Source: Candidatus Alkanophaga volatiphilum (GTDB lineage Archaea; Halobacteriota; Syntropharchaeia; Alkanophagales; B39-G2). Taken from it: DNA of 64,000 nt. Shown piece after piece: positions 1-8,022 of the stretch (the stretch's first letter is position 1; every line of letters starts with the position of its first letter). A program made the position numbers and the translations under genes. The stretch lies in contig JAPHEE010000005.1 in the NCBI GenBank assembly GCA_029259545.1, forward strand, positions 1,143-65,142, read 5' to 3'. A model generated the notes under the pieces. That model saw only the letters and a program-made list of their open reading frames with translations. It was not told the DNA's origin and searched no databases.

Positions 1-154
1 CATGGAGACCTTGGAAAGGGTCAGGGAGAATTACCGGAGGCTGGCGGAAGAGGAGGAGAACGTCATCATAATCGACGGGAACCGCCCGCAAGACGTGGTG
101 AACAGGGAGATTTTCCAGAAAATCAAAGAGCTGGAGCTTTTAGAGGGACTTTGA
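1..154 (+). CDS. 3-prime end of a CDS cut by the window edge; tail resembles thymidylate kinase C-termini
   Basis: Frame 2 reads METLERVRENYRRLAEEEENVIIIDGNRPQDVVNREIFQKIKELELLEGL, then TGA at 152-154. Only about 50 aa are visible, so the family call is weak. Confidence 0.35.
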   Translation, partial: METLERVRENYRRLAEEEENVIIIDGNRPQDVVNREIFQKIKELELLEGL

Positions 155-159
155 TGTTT

Positions 160-461
160 TCGTGCACCTGAGCTGTCCTGACCTCCTCTCCCCGCTGAAG
201 CGGGGAGGCTCCCGACACGGGAGCTCCGGTTGCGGCAGACCGCATGCGGGTCGGTCAGGGAGCCATCCGCCGAGGGCGTGCCTCAGGGCATCACCGCCGA
301 TGCGTCGGGCGAAGGTATATTCAACACTTTCGACGAAGAGTATGAGATGCACGCAAGATAGGACGCCCGAAGTGCGGACTCAAATTAGATGGAGACCTGA
401 ACGCGGCGAGAAATATTGCCAAAAGAGCTAATAAAGCCGCAATTCCTCCCCGCTGAAGCGG
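160..461 (+). mobile_element. IS200/IS605-family tnpB 3-prime remnant bounded by two copies of a UGAA-loop hairpin
   Basis: 361-456 translates GRPKCGLKLDGDLNAARNIAKRANKAAIPPR*, which carries the zinc-finger CG and the RuvC-III D.NAA.NI signature of TnpB/OrfB C-termini. The frame is broken upstream. An identical 16-nt core CTCCCCGCTGAAGCGG lies at 188-203 and 446-461. The first copy forms an 8-bp stem, CTCCCCGC-TGAA-GCGGGGAG. Confidence 0.6.
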
Positions 462-469
462 CTTGCGGC

Positions 470-1297
470 ATGAGTGTGAGAAAAGTCAAGAAGATGCAAG
501 GAGAAGTAATGTACCCACGCTTCTTAACACCCACCTCTGCAAAGTTCGACCCGGTGGAACTTGCGCGCCGCACTGAAAGGATCGTATGCCGAGGCAATAA
601 GAGGAAATACACGGACTTTTACGTAGTTGGTGTTTATGGCGGGATTGCGACGGGCTATGCGGTAGGCTGCTGCCTGCGTTGCGTTTTCTGCTGGGTTGGC
701 CTGAGCAGGGAGTTTCCTGAAAGATTTGGGAAGTTCTACTCACCAGAGGAGGCTTTTATGAGGCTTGACGAGGCGGCTCGGCGGCGAAGAGTTCGCAAGC
801 TGAGAATTTCGGGTGCGGAGCCCACACTTTGCCGGCAACACCTCTTGGAGCTGCTCGAACTCGTAGAACGCTCGCCTTATGATGTTTTCATCCTCGAGAC
901 TAACGGCATTCTGCTCGCCGATGAGGATTACGTTGCAGAACTTTCAAGGTTCAAAAAGGTGCATGTTCGAGTTTCACTGAAAGCAGGGACCCCTGAGGAG
1001 TTTTCAAAGAAAACGGGCGCCGTGGAGTCAGCATTTGAACTCCCGTTCGAGGCGATAAGGAATTTAATAAAGCACGGGCTCAGCTTCCACGTCGCTGTGA
1101 TGAGTGATCCGAGGATAATGAGCGCTGAGGAGCGGGCGAATCTCTTAAGGAAGCTTAAGAGCATAGAGCCGCGTCTTTTGAAAATGCTTGAGGAAGAAGT
1201 GGTTGATCCTTACGAAACGACGCTGCTGAGGCTGGAGAAGGCAGGAATTAGGTTAAAATGGAGGCGGGCTGGGCGTTGCTCTGACAACTTAACTTAA
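470..1297 (+). CDS. radical SAM protein
   Basis: GCCLRCVFCW gives the CxxxCxxC cluster motif. A later block reads ISGAEPTL...ETNG. Start is uncertain: ATG at 470, 495 or 510. The ORF-track start at 416 overlaps the tnpB remnant. Confidence 0.8.
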   Translation: MSVRKVKKMQGEVMYPRFLTPTSAKFDPVELARRTERIVCRGNKRKYTDFYVVGVYGGIATGYAVGCCLRCVFCWVGLSREFPERFGKFYSPEEAFMRLDEAARRRRVRKLRISGAEPTLCRQHLLELLELVERSPYDVFILETNGILLADEDYVAELSRFKKVHVRVSLKAGTPEEFSKKTGAVESAFELPFEAIRNLIKHGLSFHVAVMSDPRIMSAEERANLLRKLKSIEPRLLKMLEEEVVDPYETTLLRLEKAGIRLKWRRAGRCSDNLT

Positions 1298-1378
1298 GTG
1301 TCGCCTCGCGGTTAAGCTGCATGCCGAACTGCAAGGCGCTTATAGAATCAGCGACGAAAAAGTCTTGGTGGGAAAAGG

Positions 1379-2740
1379 ATGAAGTTCGAGCTCGATGAAG
1401 AACAGAAAACGATAAAGGAAGCAGTCCGAGAGTTTGCTGAGAAGGAGATAAAGCCGCGGGGACGGAGTTCGACAAGTCTGGCGAGTTCCCGTTCGAGATT
1501 CTGAGGAAAGCAGCGAAGCTAGGATATATTGCAGTATGGATACCTGAAACGGCGGTGCAGGGCTCGGCATGCTCGAAAACGCAATCATAGCTGAAGAGTT
1601 CGCAAGAGCGGACAGCGGCATAGGCTACGCAATATCATTGACTGCGATCGGCTGTCCGATGATCTACCGTTTCGGAACGGAAGAGCAGAAGGAGAAGTAC
1701 TTACCTTACCCCGAATCCCAAAGGGCGAGAGCATCAGTTTCCTTGGCGAGCCTGATGCAGGGAGCGCTGTCGCCGCTATGAAGACCGTTGCCAGAAAGGA
1801 AGGCGACGAGTATGTGATCAGCGGCAGTAAAATGTTCATCACGAATGCAAAAATTGCGGACTGGGGTGTCGTGTTTGCGAAGACCGTGCCTGAGGCAGGG
1901 CACCGGGGTATCAGCGCCTTCATCGTCGAGACTTCAACGGAGGGCTTCGAGGCAACGCCGATCGAGGGCGGCATTGTCAAGATTCTTGCTCGTGTTGCGA
2001 GACGTGCGCGTCCCGGCGAAGTGGTTGGCGAGGAAAATAGAGGCTTTTACCATCAGTCGCTAAGAAAGCCTCTCACTTTAAGGGGGATGAATTAGGGTGG
2101 GAATTTTTTATACTTCAAAGTGAGACGATCAAGTGCAAACGAGCCATGGGCTATATGCTCATGGTAGGGGCTGCGGTGACCCAGCCCGGAGGGGAGCGCA
2201 GGTTCATCCTGCACACTCTCCAACCTCCCAAGGCTTCCGGTGGAAGCCCTAGTCGGGGAGGAGGTCACCATCTCATGGAAACATTTAACGAGACAAGGAC
2301 ACATACCGCCGCTGTCCACGTCGGCATTGCCCAAGGCGCTTTCGATAGAGCTCTTGAATACTCAAAGCAGCGAGAAGCCTTCGGCAGAAAGATCTGTGAA
2401 TTCCAAGCGATACAGCACAAGCTTGCGAACATGCTCGTGAAGATCGAGACCGCCCGCCTCCTCGTGTACAAGGCAGCGAGTATGATAGATGCAGGCTTTA
2501 CGCCTACGAAATGGACATCAATGGCAAAGCTCGTTGCCGGTGAGGTCGCCGTCGAGGTGTGCTTAGAGGCAATGCAGATACTCGGCGGGCATGGTTACGC
2601 CGTCGAATACGATGTCGAACGTTTCTTCCGCGACGGAAGAGCAGGCACCGGTTGAAGGTACTTCGGAAATCCAAAGGAACATCTTGGCGAACATCATCCT
2701 CGGAAAGCTCCCGGAGGTCAAAAAAAGATCTTTAAAGTAG
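1379..2740 (+). pseudogene. acyl-CoA dehydrogenase, decayed (several frameshifts plus a MITE insertion)
   Basis: ACAD-like pieces lie in different frames: MKFELDEEQKTIKEAVREFAEKEIKPR, GGAGLGMLENAIIAEEFARAD, MKTVARKEGDEYVISGSKMFITNA, RDVRVPA/GEENRGFYH, then ETFNETRTHTAAVHVGIAQGAFDRALEYSKQREAFG...LGGHGYAVEYDVERFFRD, then EGTSEIQRNILANIILGKL* in a further frame. Removing 2051-2268 restores ttt tac cat ctc atg gaa = FYHLME. Confidence 0.85.
2051..2268 (+). mobile_element. MITE family A, copy 1 (IS200/IS605-like non-autonomous element) inside the ACAD gene
   Basis: Starts CATCAGTCGCTAAGAA directly after TTTTAC and ends GGGGAGGAGGTCAC. Excision restores the ACAD frame with no duplicated target. 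Homologous copies lie at 19934-20110 and 35495-35721. Internal TATA-like TTTTTTATAC at 2104-2113. Confidence 0.8.
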
Positions 2741-2803
2741 GCTGGGCATTCACATCTCGGGGTAATCAGTAACGGTAAATACGGTATTATCGATGCGATA
2801 ATT

Positions 2804-4495
2804 TCAGCTGTAAGTGAACTTCCTAGTCAGGTTTTCTTTCGTGAAGATATCTTCCTCTCTTACTTCTGCCTCCCCCCCCAGCCCCAGCCTCTTCCGGCGC
2901 TCTTCCTCCTTTACCTTCTTCATGCGCTCTCGGTCCCTGAGGATGCCGTCCGTCAGCAGGATGAGCTCAACAGCTTCGACGGCGCCAATGAGCATCTGCC
3001 GTTTTATGCTCAGCGGCTCGATGATTCCTTCCTTGAGGGCGTTTGTAAAAAGTACCTCGCCGTTCTTGAGGCAGATGCCGATGTGTGGATCGTCCTGATG
3101 CATGGCTTTGAGTTTTGCGACGGCATCGAGGGCATCAAGCCCGCAGTTCTCGGCAAGCGTCCTTGGAATCGCCTCGAGCGCCTCCGCGAACGCAAGCATT
3201 GGGAGTTGCTTCTTCGTCATTTCCCTCTGCGCCTCCTTACGGAGACGTAAGGCAAGTTCGATCTCGATGGCGCCGCCGCCGGCGACCACGAATGGCTCGT
3301 CGAAAACGCTGGCGACGGCGTGTGTTGCCTCGTAGATGAGGCGACTATGCTCCGCCGCTATCTCCTTGGTGCCGCCGCGTACGAAGAACGTGCAGGCTTT
3401 TGCCTCCTTACAACCCTCGAAGAATATTATGTCTTCTTCCGAAATCTTCTTGTATTCTACGAGCTTCGCAGCGCCCAAATCTTCTTTCTTCAAGTCCCAG
3501 ACGCTTTTCACGATGTTCGCGCCGGTTGCCAAGGACAAGTGATTCAGCTCCCCATGTCGGTCCACGCCCTTTATAGGCATGATGCCGTGCTTTGCAAGCA
3601 GCCCCGTCACCCTGCCGTCTATTGCTTTCATGCAGATGACAACGTTGGCGCCCACTTCCACGATCTTGCCGACCATCCTTCCTAGAATCTTCTCTTCCTC
3701 CTCCAGAAACTCAGCCATACGGTTCGGGTCGAGCACCACATGCGTGACGAGCTCCGAGCGCTCCGTGGTGAGGGGGTCTTTGATTATTGCGATCTTCGCA
3801 TCCTCGATCCTCCGAGGGGCGCCCGGCGGCAGCATGTTGAACAACACGGAGCCGTCGATGAGCTTCGTGTCCTCAAATCTGTCTCCCTCTACCTCCTTTA
3901 TCGCTATGTACTCATCTATGTCCTTTTTCGCCTCCTTGACGCACTTCACAGCCTCGACCACGTCACGACAGAGCCTGTCATTGGCATACTCCTTCAAAGA
4001 GGTCCTCACGACATTATATCGCATCTCCTCGGGCGAGAAGAAATCTTCGGAAACTGAAAGGTCCTTCATCAGCTCTAAGCATACTTCCATCGCTTTTTTA
4101 AAGCCATCGAAGATTAAAACCGGGTGCAAGCCCATACGCAGGAGAGAATCGGCTTTTTCAATTAGTTCGCCTGCGATTATCAGCGTCGAGGTCACCCCGT
4201 CGCCGTGAACATTGCCGTGCGCCTTAGCTAATTCGATGATGAGTCTAGCGGCAGGGTGCTCTGCGATGAGTCCTGTGATTACAGAATAGCCGTCCTTCGA
4301 GATCAGGAGGGGGCGAGCGTCCTCTGCCAAAATCTTGTTCATCCCACGGGGTCCGAGCGTCGTCCTCACAGCGTCGCAAATCACCTTTGCTGCAATCATA
4401 CAGCTCTCTCTCGCCGCTTCACCGAGCATGCGCTCGTCTGCCGCCTTTTTCGTGTACGTCAGCAGGGAGTCGAGTCGGAAACGCCTTTCTGCCAT
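2804..4495 (-). CDS. ths: thermosome subunit (group II chaperonin)
   Basis: 563 aa. Contains TLGPRGMNKIL, GDGVTSTLIIAGEL and VAGGGAIEIELA, and a charged C-terminal tail. Confidence 0.9.
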   Translation of the reverse strand: MAERRFRLDSLLTYTKKAADERMLGEAARESCMIAAKVICDAVRTTLGPRGMNKILAEDARPLLISKDGYSVITGLIAEHPAARLIIELAKAHGNVHGDGVTSTLIIAGELIEKADSLLRMGLHPVLIFDGFKKAMEVCLELMKDLSVSEDFFSPEEMRYNVVRTSLKEYANDRLCRDVVEAVKCVKEAKKDIDEYIAIKEVEGDRFEDTKLIDGSVLFNMLPPGAPRRIEDAKIAIIKDPLTTERSELVTHVVLDPNRMAEFLEEEEKILGRMVGKIVEVGANVVICMKAIDGRVTGLLAKHGIMPIKGVDRHGELNHLSLATGANIVKSVWDLKKEDLGAAKLVEYKKISEEDIIFFEGCKEAKACTFFVRGGTKEIAAEHSRLIYEATHAVASVFDEPFVVAGGGAIEIELALRLRKEAQREMTKKQLPMLAFAEALEAIPRTLAENCGLDALDAVAKLKAMHQDDPHIGICLKNGEVLFTNALKEGIIEPLSIKRQMLIGAVEAVELILLTDGILRDRERMKKVKEEERRKRLGLGGEAEVREEDIFTKENLTRKFTYS

Positions 4496-4515
4496 CCTTC
4501 ACTATTTCGTGTCCC

Positions 4516-4528
4516 GCATTTAAATCGG
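4516..4528 (-). promoter_or_regulatory. candidate TATA box of the thermosome gene
   Basis: The minus strand reads CCGATTTAAATGC, centred about 26 nt upstream of the ATG at 4495. This spacing suggests a leaderless or very short-leader mRNA. Confidence 0.4.
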
Positions 4529-4807
4529 TGGCGCGCAGCCCGAGCCGACGGGCTTCCGCCCCCGATTCGGCGGCATCGGATCCACTCGTGCAGCCTTTCC
4601 TCCTCAGCGCCTCGTGGTGGCTATTAGTCTGCTATCGGCGGGTTCGCGTGCTTGCGGCGCTCGCCGAGGTCGTGCGCGCCGCACGCACGCCGAGCCGAGC
4701 CCGTTGAGTCCTGCGGGTGCCTCCTGAAAGCAAGCCCCGAGCCCGTCGGGGTCGCAACCGAGATGCGGCGGGGTGCTTCACAAGATGTCGCCGAGGAAGC
4801 TCCCTTG

Positions 4808-5047
4808 ATTTATCTTCCTGTTGCTTGCAAGACCCTGGGGATACAGGGGAGGTGGGTGGGAAAATTAAATACTCTGGATATATGGTGTAACGACGTAACA
4901 GCCGCAAGGCTGGGCAGCCGTAGGCTGGTAGAAGTAGCCCGTGAGCCGTAAGGATAACGGTAGTGGCGGCGTGAACCCGCCCGTGGGATAAAGCTCGTAG
5001 AGAGCAAACTCCCACGAAGCTCCGTCCGTTAGGGCGGAGTAGTTCAC
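4808..5047 (-). ncRNA. putative omega-RNA (reRNA) scaffold / right end of the decayed tnpB element (unit B1)
   Basis: Begins at the tnpB C-terminal codons (…HADLNASVNY; GTGAACTAC) and runs about 240 nt past the ORF. It is homologous along its whole length to 17749-18012 on the opposite strand. Similarity stops abruptly after ...GCAAGCAACAGRAAGATAAAT in both copies. Confidence 0.45.
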
Positions 5048-6343
5048 GGAGGCGTTCAGGTCTGCGTGCATCTTGCCGCACGTCCGCACACGAACTCTTT
5101 CCCCTTCCTTTCTCCCCTCTCTTCACATCTGGAGCATGTCGTTGATGTCCCGTAGGCGTATACTTCGTAACAAACACGTTGTTCCACAACACTTGCCTCT
5201 TAGGTGGTCGTATGCTTTCCTGAAAGGGAGTGTAGGATACTTGTTCCTGCTGAGCTTACTGCTGCACAGCATGGCAGCCTTCTGGTTTATGTAATAGTTC
5301 CTCTATGAAGACGAACGGGCGGGTACTGCGAAATGTACCTGCATATGCCGCCCATAACCGTTTTGTAATGGTTCTCCAGCGCATTCCCAAGCTTCTGCTT
5401 GGTTTTTCTCCTGTCCTTGTTGCTCCAGTACTCCACAATGCCTAAGAACTTGTGATCCACGAGGCTGCCGTTCTTATCCAGTACGGCGACGCAGTACGCG
5501 TCGGTGTTAAAGTCTATCCCTACGGCAAACTCTGGGCGTACATTTCAAACTCCTTGACGAAAGAAATGAGCAAGGTAGTATTCTTCCCCTTACCTTATCA
5601 GCTCAGCCCCGTTCGCAAGCTCCACCGGATGTCAGATTCTTGACGACCCAGAATGCTGTTGTTCTTCCCGAACCGGCGGTAATCCTCACGGTTCCATCCT
5701 CGTAAAGGTAGTAAGACCCGTTCCTCGCAAGCCTGATCGGAAGCTCTTCGAACTTCGGGGGTACAGTTCTCCCAAGAAGCCTGAAAGCCTCTATGACCTT
5801 GTCTATGCAGTTGATGATGACCTGAGAAGGTAGAGTGGGATACTTTTGCCTCCAGATGGTAGAAGTACTTCTGCACGACCATCTTGTTGGAATACTTCCT
5901 TTTTACGACGGGCGCTATGTCCTTCATCAGCTCGTTAGCCACACCGTGAACTACCCCAAGCTGAAGCTTGGGGCTTCCTCCCGCTGGAGCCAGCTTCGCA
6001 GCCTCCTGCCTTTGAGCGGCAGTTCACGGCTCCACCCCGGCGGGGAGCGGCATGTTCACGATGCCCCATGCCCGCTCTCCTCCCGTCTCAGCCTCCACAT
6101 CCGGAAGTTCGGAAGCCTCCCGAACGGGAAGCCGAGCAGGACGCATGCGTGCTATGCGGGGGCCACCCACGCACGTCATAATTACTAGAATATAAATATG
6201 ACGCCATTCACCCCCAAGCTGAAGCTTGGGCACTCTGGCGTCAAATCTTGTAGAATTCGTCGAGCCTCCATCTGTCCTCCTCGCTTACTATCAGCCTCCT
6301 CGTGTTCGTAACCTGACCTTGCTGGGAATTTTTTCTTCGCCAT
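5040..6343 (-). pseudogene. tnpB: tnpB (IS200/IS605 OrfB-type RNA-guided nuclease), frameshifted and carrying a nested insertion
   Basis: Minus-strand pieces in different frames: MAKKKIPSKVRLRTR.., ANELMKDIAPVVKRKYSNKMVVQKYFYHLEAK, VIINCIDKVIEAFRLLGRTVPPKFEELPIRLARNGSYYLYEDGTVRITAGSGRTTAFWVVK, FAVGIDFNTDAYCVAVLDKNGSLVDHK (RuvC-I, about 5500-5523), and TSTTCSRC...VCGRCGKMHADLNASVNY (zinc finger plus RuvC-III, about 5041-5110). Confidence 0.75.
5946..6230 (+). repeat. nested omega-like unit (C1) bounded by an identical 19-nt hairpin direct repeat
   Basis: CCCCAAGCTGAAGCTTGGG lies at 5954-5972 and 6212-6230. The unit starts GTGAACTAC at 5946. An AT-rich TATA-like tract, AGAATATAAATATG, lies at about 6187-6200. 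The unit is antisense within the tnpB pseudogene. Confidence 0.6.
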
Positions 6344-6777
6344 ACCACTTTGGTGAAGCGGTATTTGTAGTTTTCTCGCTTGGTGAAGCGAAAGTATATA
6401 TGGGAGGTCTGTGGAATGGTAGTCCCTGGGGGATTTGCCGCGTCAGCCGGCCCGCCACCGTCTCCGCTCCGCCATCCTCGCCGTGCGGAGAGCTACCGCG
6501 CATCGGTGAATCCAACTCCGTGAGTCTGATGCGGAGTAGGACGAGGGTTGGGAGATGGTGCGCGGGTGTGAGCACGGCTCGGGACGGATAGGGTGCAAGC
6601 TTCCGTCTTCAGACGGGAGAAGCTGACTTCTCTTCCTCTCTCCCCCGTGCCGCCGTCGTGCGTGCGTCGGAGCCTCGTTTGGAGGTTGCTGTCGGGCGGG
6701 TCGGAAGTTGGACGGCGGGCGGCTCGGCTCGTATGCAGCTCTGCGGCGCTGCTAGGGGGCGTCCTCGAAAGTTTTAT

Positions 6778-7887
6778 ATGCACTCCGGACTAGTTTTTTT
6801 CGGCGTGGAGGAGGTTGTCAGGGTCGCTGTGAGCGGGAGGCTGGGACCCCGCCGGAGGGTCAAGCTCCGCAGACTTTCTTCCGTCACAGACCTCGCCATA
6901 GTCAAGAAAAGGGGCAGGTACTGGCTGAGGGCTGGCGGGCGGCTTATCAGGGTCTTTTTCGACGATGTGGAGACGGTTGACGAGGCTCTGAGGGGCTTGT
7001 GGGAGGTTGAGGGGGCGGAGGTCGTAAGGAGGGGTAGAAGCAGGGTACTAATCAGGGTGCACTTCTGGAGGCGGGTCGAGGCTGCGGGGGTCGGAGGCGC
7101 CGGGGGCGGAAGCAAGCCCGAGCTCAAGCCCGAGCTCAAGCAGTCCGAGCCCAAGCTAGAGCCCGGGGAACCAAAGACGGTCGTCAGGTTGGAGCTGAAC
7201 GGTGCGAAGAGGGTGGTGGCTGCGACCGTGCTGAGTGGCGGGCGGGTCGTTGCCGAGACCAGCTTCAAGCTCGGCAGGAGGGTCGCCGACAGGCTCGTGA
7301 GCTACGTGAAGAGTTTTGAGAAGCCGATAATCGTGTGCGGGGACGAAATTCCGGGGTTGAGGGCGAGGGCGCGCCGCGCCGGGATCGAGGTCGTCGAGCC
7401 TTTTGACGGCAGCAGGAGGGCGGGGGCGAGGATCAACGTGAAGCCGCTCCTGGTCGGGGTTCTCGTGCTGCTGGCGACGGCTGCCCTCGCCATGGTTTAT
7501 TACTCTGCGTTCGGCGTGGCGACAATAACGGTCGAGAAGAAGCTGGACGTGAGCGTTGACGTGAGGGACGTTGTGGTGTACGTTCCGGGGATGGGGACGA
7601 AGGACATAGGGAACGTCACGGTGACCGTTTACGGCGCCGACACCGACTATCGGGTGATATTGCAGCTCGCAAACCTCGAAAAGTCCTGCGGCATCAGGGT
7701 CATAGCAATTCAGGTCTACGACGGGGACACGGGCGAGCTCAGGGGGATTCTCACGCCGATCACGCCGTCGCTGATAATGGACGAGTACGACGAGGGGAGC
7801 AAGACGTACGAGCTCAAGCTGTTCTACGTCGCCATACTGCCCGGCAGGGTGGAGGTTGCGGTGCAGGCGTCCGCCGAGCTGATGTAG
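6778..7887 (+). CDS. hypothetical protein; C-terminal TM helix plus beta-rich domain paralogous to 9393-9932
   Basis: GC-rich ORF. The tail INVKPLLVGVLVLLATAALAMVYYSAFGVATITVEKK...VEVAVQASAELM aligns with the whole 179-aa product of 9393-9932. Contains a KPELKPELKQSEPKLEPGEPK linker. Start is uncertain (ATG 6778, GTG 6805). An internal GTG at 7438 could give a separate 150-aa product. Confidence 0.55.
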   Translation: MHSGLVFFGVEEVVRVAVSGRLGPRRRVKLRRLSSVTDLAIVKKRGRYWLRAGGRLIRVFFDDVETVDEALRGLWEVEGAEVVRRGRSRVLIRVHFWRRVEAAGVGGAGGGSKPELKPELKQSEPKLEPGEPKTVVRLELNGAKRVVAATVLSGGRVVAETSFKLGRRVADRLVSYVKSFEKPIIVCGDEIPGLRARARRAGIEVVEPFDGSRRAGARINVKPLLVGVLVLLATAALAMVYYSAFGVATITVEKKLDVSVDVRDVVVYVPGMGTKDIGNVTVTVYGADTDYRVILQLANLEKSCGIRVIAIQVYDGDTGELRGILTPITPSLIMDEYDEGSKTYELKLFYVAILPGRVEVAVQASAELM

Positions 7888-8022
7888 CGGGGCGGCGGCG
7901 GGGCGGCGTCGTGTGCGTGTGCGGCGTCGTGTGCGTGCGGGTTCGGGTTTTGGGCTGCGGTTCGGGGTCGGGGTCGGAGGGTCTAAGTCACGGTTATAAG
8001 GCTGCGGGGGCAATTTTTTCTG

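Noticed and set aside
2030-2050. Flanks left of MITE copies 1 and 3 are also similar (GAGGAAAATAGAGGC-TTTTAC versus GAGGAAATAAGAGGCTTAGAGCTTTTAC at 35722-35749, reverse strand), suggesting the element is longer or transduced flank DNA
   Set aside because: In both genes these bases are needed to encode host-protein sequence (GEENRGFYH of the ACAD; VEEIRGLELL of the protease), and excision at TTTAC restores both frames. Copy 2 lacks the similarity. It is treated as coincidence or extended target preference rather than part of the element.
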